64,000 nt of DNA, from the NCBI GenBank assembly GCA_000092065.1, contig CP000592.1, one strand, 5' to 3'. The notes beneath the pieces are model-generated. The model saw nothing but the letters and a program-made list of their open reading frames with translations, had not been told where the DNA came from and did no database searches. The position numbers and the translations under genes were made by a program. Shown piece by piece: positions 9,401 through 21,520 of the stretch. The DNA is from Ostreococcus lucimarinus (taxonomy: Eukaryota). Each line of letters opens with the position of its first letter. Within the stretch, counting starts at the first letter, position 1.

Positions 9401-12139
9401 GCGTTGATGGAAGCCATCTCGTCAAAAGTCGACGCCGACAAAGTGCTCACCATGGCGAAATCGCTCGGTAAGGAATTGAAAATCGCGCTCGAAGCGCACT
9501 TAAATCGTTCCAAACCGGCGACGAATATGAAAAGTGCAGCCATGGCGGTCATGGCGACGAATGCGTTGAAAGGGTCAGCGGCTGCCAGGAATGCGGCGCG
9601 TAAAGCCGCCGCGCTGGGTGGCGGCGTCGCAAAGTCAACCGATGCCCCCGTCATGGTACAAAGTGGTCCTGTTTTCCTCATCGACGCCGACAAAGCAGTT
9701 CGTATTCGCAAGTATCCGCGCAAGGCGATGAAGTTTGAGACTTTACGTGACGAGGATCTGATGTTATTGTCTGAGGACGTGAAATCTGCGAGTCGAGCGT
9801 ACTTTCGAGCCGACGTGCATAAAATGATGTTCACGAACGATGTCAAAGCGCGACTCGCGGCGCTCGACTCTATCGATGAGGCAATCAAGTCCGATGAAGC
9901 TGAATTGGTCAACAGCTTTGACTTATTACTTCGTTGGCTCATGCTACTCATCAGCGAGGCGAGTCCAAACACGCAAGTAATGAATCGAGTCCTCGACGTG
10001 GTTTTAGATTCACTTCACGCCGCGAGCGATTTGGATTACAAGATCGTCGAACAGGAAGCTGCCATATTACTTCCAGTGATCGTAGAGAAGTCTGGTCACA
10101 GTATTGAGAGCGTTCGTGAAAAGTTTCGATCGATTTATCGCGCCGTTCCGACTGTGTACTTGGCGTCAAAATTTGTCGGCTACCTCACCACGGGTGTCGT
10201 GGAAACGAAGAGCTCGCGGACGCGCGCCGAATGCCTCGAAGAAATAGGCCGACTCATTGAGCGTCATGGTTTATTGGTGTGTCTCAGAGAGGATAAGACA
10301 TTACAGGAAGTTGCCAAGTTAGTCGAGACTCGTGATATGAGTCTGAGAAACTGCGCTTTGAATTGCCTCGCTTCGGCGTACAAAGTCGCCGGCGACGGCG
10401 TCTGGAAACGCGTCGGCAAAGTCTCTAACGAGCAAGTTAAGGACGTCATAAGCGACAAGTTTGCTAGAGTTGCTCGGGAAATGAGTCTCAGTAACGAAGG
10501 TACTCCCGGAGATTGGCTCAAGTTTGATCCAATTCCAATCGCGAGCGCGTTGGATGGCGCGTCGTTGAGTAAAAGCGTCGATGCGTCCACTTTTGCCACG
10601 GCAAAACTCGCCGACATGATGTCTTCTGCGTCGATTCGCGAGAACTATTCTACATTTCAGGAAGGAAAAAGTTTGGTGTCGCAATCTATGCACGTATTAC
10701 CCTCACGAACGCCTTTTGCTTTGCGTCAGGAAGAGACGACGCCGGATGTCGAAATGTCGAGCGCCCCCGCACCCGTCGTCCCCGACGTGTTCGTTGGCGC
10801 AAACACGCCAAAGGCGCCGTCTAAGCCCGTCGTCTCTATCACAAAAGATCTCAACGAGTCGACTTGGTCTAAAGCGTTGAAGAGAGTGAATGACGTCGAC
10901 GAAAGCGTCGCCGTTGAAGCAATGAAGAGTGTGTGCCACGAGATCGTGAGGGCAAAAGAGGACGTCGTCGCGCACGCAGCCATGGTCGGTGACATTGACG
11001 GATTGGTGCATTCCTTGGCTAAGCGCATAGAGCATGTGTTCGTTACTGCCATCGCATCGCCGGCGAAGGGTACGCGTGCGTGCAGATACATTCTGAATGC
11101 ATTGATGCAAGTCCATCAAGATAGAGCCTTCGCGACGGCGATCACTGAACCCACGCAGCGTGCGTTCATCAAGCAATTATTGCTCATTCTTCTCGACGAA
11201 CGCGTTTTGACGCTCGAAGACGGAGAATCCTTGATCAAGGCTGCAAATATGTTGATGATTGCGATGATGGAGAACTGCACGCGGTCGTATTCCTTCGTAG
11301 CGTTCTTGACGTTGCTGCACGATCGCCCGCTCAACGTCCCGGCGCATTTCGACGGGTTACTCGTAAAGTGTCTCATCAAACTCACTCGGTCGATGCAACT
11401 ATCGTTCGACAACGTACATATCCCGACAGTACTTGGAGGCATTCATACATATCTGGTAGCGATCGGTATCGATGAAATCAACGCGCGCGCCAAGGTAGAG
11501 GACCAAGGTTTGCGCGCGGTGAAGACGTTGCTGCACACGATCACCACGCGCGTCGGAGAAGATGTCTTCAAATACTGCACCAGCGTTCCGCCTCGCTCCG
11601 CTGTGCCGTCGCCGATGATTTACTCCTTCATCGACGTCAACTTGATGGCGCCCAAGTCGAACGCCACGCCGTCCGCGAAGTCATCTAGCAAGTTGCAAAC
11701 GAGCCCTGGGGTGAATGCAAAGAGTCGGTTGGTGGCCATCTTTAAAAAGATTGGTGAAAAGCAAACCACGAGTCAAGGCTTGGAAGAGCTGTATTTGTTC
11801 ACTCAAGAACATCCCGAGGAGGACTTAACGCCTCAGCTCGAGCGCACGAGTGAAGCGTTTCAGATGTACATCAAGCGTGGCTTACAAAAAGTCGAAGCAG
11901 CGCGTTTACGAAAGAGTCCGTCAAACCTCGCGGGGGCGGCGCCGATTCCGTCTCCGGTGGCGGAGGCGAAATCGAGCGCCGCAGCGTATCGAGAACGTCT
12001 CGCGCAGATCCAAGATAACGTTGGTGCCGACGTCGCGGCGCCGACAAAAGTCGTCGACGTGGACGAAGCCATGACAGATCTCCAACGTTTGCGGCAAAGA
12101 ATGAATTCAATCAACGCCAAAGCCGCGGGGACGATGTAA
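6414..12139 (+). CDS. XMAP215/MOR1 exon 2, carrying the TOG domains 1-5 and the C-terminal region. The 129-nt intron is 6285..6413 (ACTGAC branch, CAG acceptor).
   Basis: The join G|GA gives FG|DCAVKACADGNAAALDAGLDAV, matching FGHLFRKTVADSNAPVQEKALDA. A continuous 1904-aa ORF follows with repeated HEAT/TOG signatures (KWQERLYALQ, NWKTRAAALEEL, and others). Confidence 0.85.
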
Positions 12140-12155
12140 AGCCCATCGAACGATG

Positions 12156-12160
12156 TGTAA
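12156..12160 (+). promoter_or_regulatory. TGTAA poly(A) signal in the XMAP215 3' UTR. The 126-nt convergent spacer also contains the GGPPS signal, seen as TTACA on the plus strand at about 12217.
   Basis: Sequence cgatgTGTAAtaataatt. The XMAP215 stop itself sits inside atgTAA. Confidence 0.35.
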
Positions 12161-12266
12161 TAATAATTAGATTTTCGATTTGATGCTTAAAATCTTGTGC
12201 CGTCGCATTACAATGTGCACACGCCGTGTGTTACGCGTCATCGCAGGCGTCGTCTAAAATTTGCCA

Positions 12267-13313
12267 TTAGTTCTTTCTGTTTTGAATGTAATCCGCCAAA
12301 CCGATGAGCGGCTTGACCTTCACCGGGTCAAAGCCCTCTAACTCTTGCTTTGCCTTACTAATGAGATCCGCCGCGATGCGCTTGGACTCTTCCATGCCGA
12401 CCAGACTGGGATAGGTGGACTTGCCGACGGCCATATCCTTACCCGCGGTCTTCCCGAGCTCTTCGCTCGTCGCCGTGCAGTCGAGAATGTCGTCGACGAC
12501 TTGAAACGCCAAACCAATGTTTTGCGCGTATCGCTCCAGCTTCCCGATCTGCTCTTCGCTCGCCCCCCCGAGAATGGCACCAGCCGTGACGCTCACCTCG
12601 AGCAACGCTCCCGTCTTGTGTGCGTGAATGTACTTCAAGGTATCAATCGTCACCGTGCCCTCGTCCGCGCCCTCGGACATGATATCCACGACTTGTCCGC
12701 CGACCAACCCCTCGCTCCCGACGCACTTTCCGACGTCGACGATCACTCGAAGCACTTTATCCGCGCTCACCCCTTTCGTTTCTCTTCCGATGTACTCAAA
12801 CGCGTGACTCAACAGCGCGTCACCGGCCAAAATCGCCATCTCCTCTCCGTACACCTTGTGATTCGTCGGCTTGCCGCGGCGAAAGTCGTCGTTATCCATG
12901 CTCGGCAAATCGTCGTGGATCAGCGACATGGTGTGAATCATCTCCAGCGCGCACGCCGTCGGCATCGCCACCTCCATCGTCCCCCCCACGAGTTCGCACG
13001 CCGCCAAGCACAGCGCCGGTCGAATCCTTTTCCCTCCCGCCAGCAGCGAATATCGCATGCTCTCGCTCAGGCGTTCCGGATAATGCATCGGCACCGACGC
13101 GTCCAGCGCGCGTTCGATCTCCGCGTTCACGTTCTTGATGTACGCGTTAAATTCTTGTTCGCTCGACACGTCCGGCGTCGCGCTCACCGCGCGCACGCGT
13201 CCCATCACCCGTCCGCGCGCGCCCGCGCGATCGCCGCGCGTCGGTCGCGCCCCGCGCGAGGGCGCGACGCGCGCGCGCCCCCCCATCGCGCGCGTCGCCG
13301 CCGTCGTCGTCAT
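12267..13313 (-). CDS. GGPPS: Geranylgeranyl diphosphate synthase (polyprenyl synthetase), probably with a plastid transit peptide.
   Basis: [26 protein letters not shown] is the first DDxxD motif. FQVVDDILD is the second. Confidence 0.85.
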   Translation of the reverse strand: MTTTAATRAMGGRARVAPSRGARPTRGDRAGARGRVMGRVRAVSATPDVSSEQEFNAYIKNVNAEIERALDASVPMHYPERLSESMRYSLLAGGKRIRPALCLAACELVGGTMEVAMPTACALEMIHTMSLIHDDLPSMDNDDFRRGKPTNHKVYGEEMAILAGDALLSHAFEYIGRETKGVSADKVLRVIVDVGKCVGSEGLVGGQVVDIMSEGADEGTVTIDTLKYIHAHKTGALLEVSVTAGAILGGASEEQIGKLERYAQNIGLAFQVVDDILDCTATSEELGKTAGKDMAVGKSTYPSLVGMEESKRIAADLISKAKQELEGFDPVKVKPLIGLADYIQNRKN

Positions 13314-13575
13314 CCCCTAACCGCCCGTTCGCGAGCGCGCTTTGAGATTAAAAATATTCCCCTCGAACGCGCGCCGCCGTCGTCGCGCGCGTCGCGAATT
13401 CGCGTCGCCCGTCGTCGCGCGCGTCGCGTCGTCGCGCGTCCGACGCCGCCCTCGCGTCGCCCGGCGCGTCGTCGCGTCGCCCGGCGCGGGTTTTTTTTGA
13501 CGGCCCGTCGACCCCCTCGGCGCTGAGTCACGACCCGTCACGCGGGGCGCGATCGACGCCTTATCTGACGCACCG

Positions 13576-13650
13576 TTGTACCAGCTCGTATCAGCTCGTA
13601 TCAGCTCGTATCAGCTCGTATCAGCTCGTATCAGCTCGTATCAGCTGGTC
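13576..13650. repeat. Tandem 10-nt minisatellite (TCAGCTCGTA) with about 7 copies, in the GGPPS/purD bidirectional promoter.
   Basis: Five perfect copies at 13591..13640 plus flanking variant copies. Confidence 0.9.
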
Positions 13651-13690
13651 ACTACTGTTTACCCATACGATTGGCACGTTCGGACATTCG

Positions 13691-13740
13691 GCTGATACCG
13701 TACTAGTACGCTGATACGGTATCAGGAAACTGCCGATACC
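13691..13740. promoter_or_regulatory. AT-rich island with four GATAC(C/G) motifs, including the perfect 15-nt palindrome CTGATACGGTATCAG at 13711..13725. Candidate shared promoter element.
   Basis: Sequence gctGATACCGtactagtacgctGATACGGTATCaggaaactgccGATACCgg. It lies between divergent ATGs at 13313 and 13795. Confidence 0.3.
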
Positions 13741-13794
13741 GGATTCAAGCACCCCTAATCTGACGCCTCGATCGCGCGATCGACGGCGCGATCG

Positions 13795-13894
13795 ATGGGA
13801 TACGGCGCGCGATCGAGGATGGGGTTTCGTACTTTCGCACGCGCGCGCGGCGGTTCGAACGGCGCGCGCGACGGACCGCGGCGCGCGCGGCCGA

Positions 13895-13933
<39 letters not shown>

Positions 13934-15435
13934 TGACGACGGCGATGGGTTCGGCGCGGTGCGCGGTGCTGGGACGCGCGCGCGCGACGACGCGCGCGAC
14001 GATGACGACGACGACGACGGCGCGGACGCGCGCGGGACGAGGGACGCGAGCGACGCGGACGGCGCGGACGACGCGCGTCGTGCGGTTCGTCGCGACGCGG
14101 GCGACGCGGGACGGCGTCGCGCGGGCGTCGAGCGCGAAGACGAACGTGCTCGTCGTGGGGGGGGGGGGGAGGGAGCACGCGCTGTGCTGGAGGTTGGCGT
14201 CGAGCGCGAGCGCGGGGACGCTGTATTGCGCGCCGGGAAACGCGGGGATCGCGCGCGAGCGCGGCGTGGAGACGGTGACGCTGAATGAGAGCGATCACGC
14301 GGCGGTGGTGGGGTTCTGTCGAGAGCGATCGATCGGGCTGGTGGTGGTCGGACCCGAGGCGCCGCTCGTGGACGGGTTGGCGGACGCGCTCGCGGCGGCG
14401 GGCGTGCCGGTGTTCGGGCCGAGCAAGAGCGCGGCGCGGTTGGAGGGATCGAAGGCGTTTATGAAGGATTTGTGCGCCAAGTATAAGATTCCGACCGCGG
14501 AGTACGCCAAGTTTACGGACGCGGCGAAGGCGAAGGCGTACATCGAGTCCAAGGGCGCGCCCATCGTCGTCAAGACGGATGGCTTAGCCGCGGGTAAGGG
14601 CGTGATCGTGGCCATGGAGATCGAAGACGCGTTGAACGCGGTCGATGATATGCTTTCGGGCGCCATGTTCGGCAGCGCCGGCGAGGAAATCGTCGTGGAG
14701 GAGTTTTTGGACGGCGAGGAGGCGTCCTTTTTCGCCGTCGTCGGCGGCGGCAAAGCCGTGGCGCTGGCGAGCGCGCAAGACCACAAGCGCGTGGGCGACG
14801 GCGATACCGGCTTGAACACGGGTGGTATGGGTGCGTACTCTCCCGCTCCCGTCGTCACGCCCGAGATCACGGACGTGGTGATGCGAGACATCATCAAGCC
14901 GACGGTGGACGGCATGGCTGCCGAAGGGTGCCCGTTCACGGGTGTCATTTTCGCCGGATTGATGATCTCCAAGGATGGCACGGTGAAACTTTTGGAGCAC
15001 AACATCAGATTCGGTGATCCCGAGTGCCAAGTTTTGATGGCGCGACTCACGAGCGACCTGACGGCGCTCCTTCTCGCCGCCGCCACGGGGACGCTCGAAA
15101 ACGCCGAGGTGACGTGGTCCGACGACTCCGCCGTCGTCGTCGTCATGGCTGCCGAAGGCTATCCGGGCTCGTACGCCAAGGGCGAAAAAATCACCAACCT
15201 CGACGCCGCGGGCGCGATCGACGGGGTGAAAGTCCTTCACGCCGGCACCGCTTCCGACGCCGACGGCGACGTCGTCTCCAGCGGCGGACGCGTCCTCGGC
15301 GTCACCGCCTACGGATCCTCCATCACCGAAGCCGCCGAGCGCGCGTACGAGGCCGTGGACGTCATCGAATGGCCGGGCGGTTTCACTCGCAGAGACATCG
15401 GCTGGCGCGCCATCGCCCGCGAAAAGGCTCGATAA
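13795..15435 (+). CDS. purD: Phosphoribosylamine-glycine ligase (GAR synthetase, PurD) with an N-terminal S/T/R/A-rich extension of about 130 aa, probably a transit peptide.
   Basis: [19 protein letters not shown]-grasp motifs ([15 protein letters not shown]), and C-terminal [11 protein letters not shown]. The true ATG may be internal. Confidence 0.85.
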
Positions 15436-15483
15436 TATCAATAATTAAACGCCTCCCTCGCGTAACCGACGCGTCCGCAGAGC

Positions 15484-16062
15484 ATGACGTCGCGCCGCGC
15501 CGCCGCCGCCGTCGTCGTCTCTCATCCCGCCGTCTCCCGGCGCGCGCGCCGCGGCGGCGAATCTGCGACCGCGCGTCGCGCGTCCACGGCCTCGCGCGCG
15601 TCGCGCGTCGGCGTCGAGCGCATCGCCGCGCTCACGTCGCTGTCCGCGGAAACGCTCGAGCGGCTCGACGCCGAATCGCTCGACGCTCGACGCATCGTCG
15701 CTCGGCTCGTGCTGCTGCGCGCGCTCGTGGGCGACGAGAGCGACGTCTCGCACATGATCGCCGTCGAGCCGCGCTTGCTGTCGCAGCGCGCGAACGACGA
15801 GGATTTTGAGCGCAGGGCGCGGGACGCGTTGGAGGCGCTGGAGCGGCGCGTGCGCTGGGACAACGTGCGGAAGTTTTTGATCGAACGCGAGCCCGGGCTG
15901 CTGTTGGGAGACGGCGGACGTCCGCGACTGGACGAAATTAGGGACTTTGCGAGCGAGCACGAGGCGAATCTGAGCGCCATCGCGGGCGACGGAACGTCGT
16001 GGCTCGACGTCGGCGGACAAAGGTTCGTGGAGAATTTTCTCGTGAGCCACTACTACGATTGA
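15484..16062 (+). CDS. Hypothetical protein, possibly mTERF-like, with an R/A-rich presequence.
   Basis: 192-aa ORF with GC3-biased codons typical of the window and a non-degenerate C-terminal half (VEPRLLSQ...ERRVRWDNVRKFLIEREPGLLL). The overlapping minus ORF is more R/A-degenerate. Confidence 0.4.
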   Translation: MTSRRAAAAVVVSHPAVSRRARRGGESATARRASTASRASRVGVERIAALTSLSAETLERLDAESLDARRIVARLVLLRALVGDESDVSHMIAVEPRLLSQRANDEDFERRARDALEALERRVRWDNVRKFLIEREPGLLLGDGGRPRLDEIRDFASEHEANLSAIAGDGTSWLDVGGQRFVENFLVSHYYD

Positions 16063-16117
16063 TGTCATCTCGTGTACTACATACAAGCTAGCGTATACAA
16101 ACAAATCCCCCTCCCTC

Positions 16118-17890
16118 CTAAAATTCTTCCATCTTTCGCACCGTTCTGTCGCGTTTCGCGCGTGCCTCGATGAATTCGGCGCGCGCGCGCGCGAGCGCGG
16201 AATTGACGCTGTTCAAACCGTTGAATTGACGGGCGCCGCGCGGCGAATCGGCCACCATGAAGGGACTGTTCGGCGCCGTCGCCGAACGCCGGCGAATGAC
16301 GACGAATTCTTCGCCATCCGATTCTTCGTCCGAGACTTCGTGAACGTGCAGTTTTTTCGTGCTCGTCGACGCGCCGTTCGCGCGCGCGAAGCGCGAGGAG
16401 ACCCTGGGCGGCGTGCGCGCGACGTGCTCGAGCATCGCGTGTTCGCGAACGCTGTTGCGTCTCGCGTCTTGCTCGAGCAACGCGTTGATCTCGCCCGTGA
16501 GCTCGTTCGAGCGTTTTTCAGTCTCTTGAAGCCTGACGCGCGCGTCCTTTTCGCGCGCGTACGCTCGATCCAACTCGCGTCGCAGCGCGTTTCTCTCTTC
16601 CTCCAGCGCCCCGAGGCGCGAGTCGAGCGACTCGATGTACGCCTCGGCTTCCGCCTGCTTGGCTCGCATCTCCTGCAAGCTGCGCTGATGCGCCTCGGAC
16701 GCGCTCGCCATGGCGTTGCTCACGTGCATGGAGGCTTGCGCCGACGCCGCGTCCATGGCGTCAATCTCTTGGAGCAAACCTTCGACGCGCGCTTCGCTCG
16801 CCGCGAGCTGTTCCTCGAGCTTGTCTTTGAGCTGACGCTGTTTATCGAGCGTTTCGTTCAAGCGCGCGCCTTCGGACGCGAGGTCCTCCGCGCGACGCTT
16901 CAGCGTCGCGATTTCCGCGTCCTTCTCTCGCGCGGACAGGGAGAGACGACGCGTCTCCTGATCCGCGTCTTCTTGAGATCGCTCGAGTCGTCGCAGCTCG
17001 ACTTCCAGCTTGTTGACCACGACGCTGCGCTCCTCTAAAACCGTCTCCATCTCGGCGCGAAGCTCCGCGGACTCTCGCCGCGACGCGTTCAACTGCTCGC
17101 GCAGCTCGCTTTCGATCGCGTCGCTGCTTTCGGCGAGCGTGTGCATCCGCCTTTGCACCTCGGCCAACGTCTCCTGTAACTCGCGTCGCTCGGCTTCAAT
17201 CTCGCGCATCTCGGCGCCTCGGCTTCGTCCGCTCTTCACGTCCGGCGTCCTGTAGAGCTTTTTACCACCGCTGCTCGGCGACGAGCGCTCGAGCGCCATG
17301 TCTTCGAGCAATCGCTCCACCTCCGCCCGCAGCCGCGCTTCGTACGCCTCGACGTCATCCGACGACGGCGGTCGCGCCCTCGCGTACGCCAACTTTGTCT
17401 CGTAATCCGCGCACGCCGCGACGTGCGCGTCCAAAACCGCCGTCAGCAAATCCCCCACGCGCTCCCGCGTCGTCCCATCGCGCTCGATCCAAATCATCGG
17501 ATCGTTCTCCGCCGCGCGCGCGACGTCCGCCTCCACCAATCCGCGCTCGGCGCACGCCGTCGCGAACGCCGTCGCCGCGCGACACACGTCCTCCAGCGCT
17601 CCCTCCGCCGTCGCGCACCGCGCTAACGCTTCCGCCTCGCGCGCCGACGCGCGCTCGCGCTCTTCCGCTGACCGTTCACCGTCCGCGCGCGCCCGCGCGA
17701 GGCGCTCGCCCGCGGCCTCGGCGTCGTCCCTCGCCGCGTCGCGCTCGAGCGCCCTGGCGCGTCGCTCGAGCGCGAGCGCGCGCTCGAGCTCGTCCGCGCG
17801 CGTCGTCGCGCGCGCCCGCGTCGTCGGCGGGTCCGCGGCGACCGTCGCGTCGACGCGGTCGCCGCGACGCCGCGTCGACGGCCATCGCAT
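16118..17890 (-). CDS. Long coiled-coil protein of about 590 aa. The start is uncertain. ORF 16118..18313 extends into the alpha-tubulin first exon on the other strand, so it was trimmed to the in-frame ATG at 17890.
   Basis: Heptad-rich, E/R/L/A composition throughout ([40 protein letters not shown]...). No enzymatic motif. Confidence 0.55.
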   Translation of the reverse strand: MRWPSTRRRGDRVDATVAADPPTTRARATTRADELERALALERRARALERDAARDDAEAAGERLARARADGERSAEERERASAREAEALARCATAEGALEDVCRAATAFATACAERGLVEADVARAAENDPMIWIERDGTTRERVGDLLTAVLDAHVAACADYETKLAYARARPPSSDDVEAYEARLRAEVERLLEDMALERSSPSSGGKKLYRTPDVKSGRSRGAEMREIEAERRELQETLAEVQRRMHTLAESSDAIESELREQLNASRRESAELRAEMETVLEERSVVVNKLEVELRRLERSQEDADQETRRLSLSAREKDAEIATLKRRAEDLASEGARLNETLDKQRQLKDKLEEQLAASEARVEGLLQEIDAMDAASAQASMHVSNAMASASEAHQRSLQEMRAKQAEAEAYIESLDSRLGALEEERNALRRELDRAYAREKDARVRLQETEKRSNELTGEINALLEQDARRNSVREHAMLEHVARTPPRVSSRFARANGASTSTKKLHVHEVSDEESDGEEFVVIRRRSATAPNSPFMVADSPRGARQFNGLNSVNSALARARAEFIEARAKRDRTVRKMEEF

Positions 17891-18123
17891 CGCGACGCGA
17901 TGTGCGGGCGCGGCCTCAATCGACGGGTCGTGACTCAGCGACGAGGGACTCGAGGGGGACCACCGCGACTTCGAACGGCCCGCGAACGCCTCGAGCGGCA
18001 CTTCTCGAAGCGCGTCATCGCCGCAGCGACCTCGAATCGCTCGCCGACGACCGCGTGCGCCTCGACGAATCGGTCGGTGACGCGAATTTACGCGCGCGTG
18101 CGACGGACCGAACGACCGACGCC

Positions 18124-18221
18124 ATGCGCGAGGTGATCTCCATTCACATCGGCCAAGCCGGGATCCAGACGGGGAACTCGTGCTGGGAGCTGTACTGCCT
18201 CGAACACGGGATCCAGCCGGA
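18124..18221 (+). CDS. TUA: Alpha-tubulin exon 1 ([32 protein letters not shown] plus GA).
   Basis: Canonical tubulin N-terminus. GTGCGT donor at 18222. Confidence 0.95.
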
Positions 18222-18381
18222 GTGCGTCGAGCGAGCGGCGACGCGATGGACGCGATGACGCGCGATGGATGACCCGGAACGCGCGTCGACGACGATGCGT
18301 TCCATTCATTCATTCATTCGCGCGCGCAGACGCGCGTTTTTGACTGTTGGAAATTTGAACGGGACGACGACGCGGGACTGA

Positions 18382-19659
<1,278 letters not shown>

Positions 19660-19821
19660 TCGCCGCCGCCCCGTCGCGTGGCGGCGCTCGCTGGCGGCGC
19701 CGTCGCGGTAACGCGAGTCAGCGCCGCCTACCGCACTCGATACGATGATACGATGACCCGAAACAATGTCGGGCATAACAAAACGAGCACGACGCTCGCG
19801 AGATCCGCGCGACCGCGTCGA

Positions 19822-19826
19822 TGTAA
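19822..19826 (+). promoter_or_regulatory. TGTAA poly(A) signal in the alpha-tubulin 3' UTR.
   Basis: Sequence cgatgTGTAAcgc, about 160 nt after the stop. Confidence 0.35.
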
Positions 19827-19903
19827 CGCTACAATTTCACTCACCTTTACCTCGCGAGGTCGCCGTCCGGGTTCGTCCCACTAAAAATTTCAGACATTTT
19901 CCC

Positions 19904-19927
19904 ATCCCACTACAAGCGTAGTGGGAT
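19904..19927. other. Perfect 10-bp hairpin (ATCCCACTAC-AAGC-GTAGTGGGAT). The 3' arm contains the ATG at 19926.
   Basis: The inverted repeat can be read directly. A third CCCACTA copy lies at about 19877. Confidence 0.6.
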
Positions 19928-21395
19928 GAATCAGACACTTTCGAAAATCGCGCGCCACGACGCGACGCGCGCGCCGAACGTGCTCAAACCGTTCGTCTCC
20001 ATCGTTTCACGCCGTCCTCGAACCCCGCCGGAGTTCGTCGTCAGATTTTCCGGACAGATTTTCCGGACGGGTCTCCGCACAGCGCGCGTCATCGGCGCCC
20101 ATCGCGCGATGACGCTCGCCGACGCCGCGCGCGCGTGCGTCCCGACGCCCGCCGACGCCTCGTCCGACGACTTCGCGTCGGCCGCGTTCGACCGTCTGCG
20201 CGCGCTGCGCGACGGCGCGCGCGATTTGGAACCGGCGCGCGCGTCGGCGATTCGTCGGATGCCGACGAATCGCGAAGCCTCCGGATCGGCGCGGCTCGTG
20301 GAAGAGATCTCGTCCGACGACGTCGCGCCGACGTCCGAGTCCGAGTCCGCGCTCGCGCTGCTCGCGTGCGCGGCGCACGGCGCGCTCGGCGACGGCGACG
20401 TCCCGAGGTGGTCGAACGCGCGACTGAGCGCGCTCGCGGCGGAGACGTACGACGACGGATTCAAAGCCAGAGGTCCCGACGCCGTGATCGATAGTTTTTT
20501 GGAGGCGTACGGGCGCGCGGACGCGCCGGCGGCGCCGGCGGCGTCGTTCGGGGCGAACGCGGAGTCGGACGCGCGCGCCGCGGAGATCGCGGCGCGGCAA
20601 CTGTCGTGGTGCTTGGAGCGAGACGAGTTGTATCTGGGAAGCCCGTCGAGGACGCGCGAGGTCGTGGCGGTCGCGATGCCGCGCGTGTTGAGAGCGTTGG
20701 ATTACCCGTCGGAAGGGGTGAGGACGAGCGGCGCGATGTCTGCGAGGGCGCTGTCGAGGCGCGCGACGGGATTCGATTGGCGCGCGGGACCGGGCGCCGT
20801 GTTGCTCGACGCGTGTCGGTCCGCATTGATAGGCGCGAGCGCGGAGGTTTGGCCGCACGCCTTGGACGTCGCGTGCGCGTTGACGGGCGTCGTCGCGAGG
20901 GACGCGGGAATCGAGGAATATCGCAAGACGTTCTCGCGAGCCATCGACTGCGCGCGCTTGCGCGGGACGGAGACGGCGTACGCCGCGCCGCTGCTCGCGT
21001 CGTTTCCGAATTTGATTCGCGACGCGAAGGCGTGCGTCGCGGTGCACCTCGATCGTTTGCTCCCGCTTTTGTGCGCGTACATGCAATCGCACAAGGACGA
21101 CGTCGCCGTCGGCGCGGCGTCGCTCGTCGCGCTCGTCGTCGAAAACGCCTGGCCGCGCGCGCGCGCGCACTGCGAGTCGATGTGGCCGCACGTGAAGCGC
21201 GCGTACGCCGAAGCGGACGGTCGATCAGCGGTGAGCTGCGATAAATTACGCGCCGAGCTCGAACGCGTCGTCGAACTCGTGCAACTCGCGGCGGGGGGGG
21301 AATTCACGCGAGTGTGGAAGAGCGACGAAGACGTTCCGGCGCACGCCGTCGGTTTGGTTCGATTCCTCGCCGCGCTCCCGGCGACGCGCGCGTAG
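19926..21395 (+). CDS. Hypothetical Ala/Leu-rich helical-repeat (HEAT/ARM-like) protein. An alternative start is at 20109 (MTLADAARAC).
   Basis: 489-aa ORF with non-degenerate segments (IEEYRKTFSRAIDCARLRGTETAYAAPLLASFPNLIRDAKACVAVHLDRLLPLLCAYMQSHKDD). The antisense ORF 20007..21191 is pure R-rich low complexity. Confidence 0.5.
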   Translation: MNQTLSKIARHDATRAPNVLKPFVSIVSRRPRTPPEFVVRFSGQIFRTGLRTARVIGAHRAMTLADAARACVPTPADASSDDFASAAFDRLRALRDGARDLEPARASAIRRMPTNREASGSARLVEEISSDDVAPTSESESALALLACAAHGALGDGDVPRWSNARLSALAAETYDDGFKARGPDAVIDSFLEAYGRADAPAAPAASFGANAESDARAAEIAARQLSWCLERDELYLGSPSRTREVVAVAMPRVLRALDYPSEGVRTSGAMSARALSRRATGFDWRAGPGAVLLDACRSALIGASAEVWPHALDVACALTGVVARDAGIEEYRKTFSRAIDCARLRGTETAYAAPLLASFPNLIRDAKACVAVHLDRLLPLLCAYMQSHKDDVAVGAASLVALVVENAWPRARAHCESMWPHVKRAYAEADGRSAVSCDKLRAELERVVELVQLAAGGEFTRVWKSDEDVPAHAVGLVRFLAALPATRA

Positions 21396-21520
21396 CTCAG
21401 ACGAACCACCACCACCGCCCTGTACATCATACTGTAACATACTACTAGCGCGTACAAGTGTAATTACAACTGCCCGACTGATTGCCGGTGAAACGGGGGC
21501 GCTCGATTCGACGCGTCGCG

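Noticed and set aside
7564-9972. Antisense ORFs of 214-299 aa inside XMAP215 (7564..8235, 8272..9171, 9328..9972), and similar ones inside PurD (14295..15146, 14584..15441), FO synthase, WD40 and other genes.
   Set aside because: The opposite strands carry strongly conserved domain sequence. The antisense frames are Ala/Ser-rich with no motifs.
19741-19765. GATACGATGATACGATGAC in the tubulin 3' UTR as a possible C/D snoRNA.
   Set aside because: It has C-box-like ATGATA/GATGA but no CTGA D box within 120 nt. It is kept only as an instance of the recurring GATACGAT motif.
20007-21191. A 394-aa minus-strand ORF overlapping the hypothetical gene at 19926.
   Set aside because: It is entirely R/P/G low complexity (RRRRRRV...), whereas the plus frame has complex helical-repeat-like sequence and GC3 codon bias.
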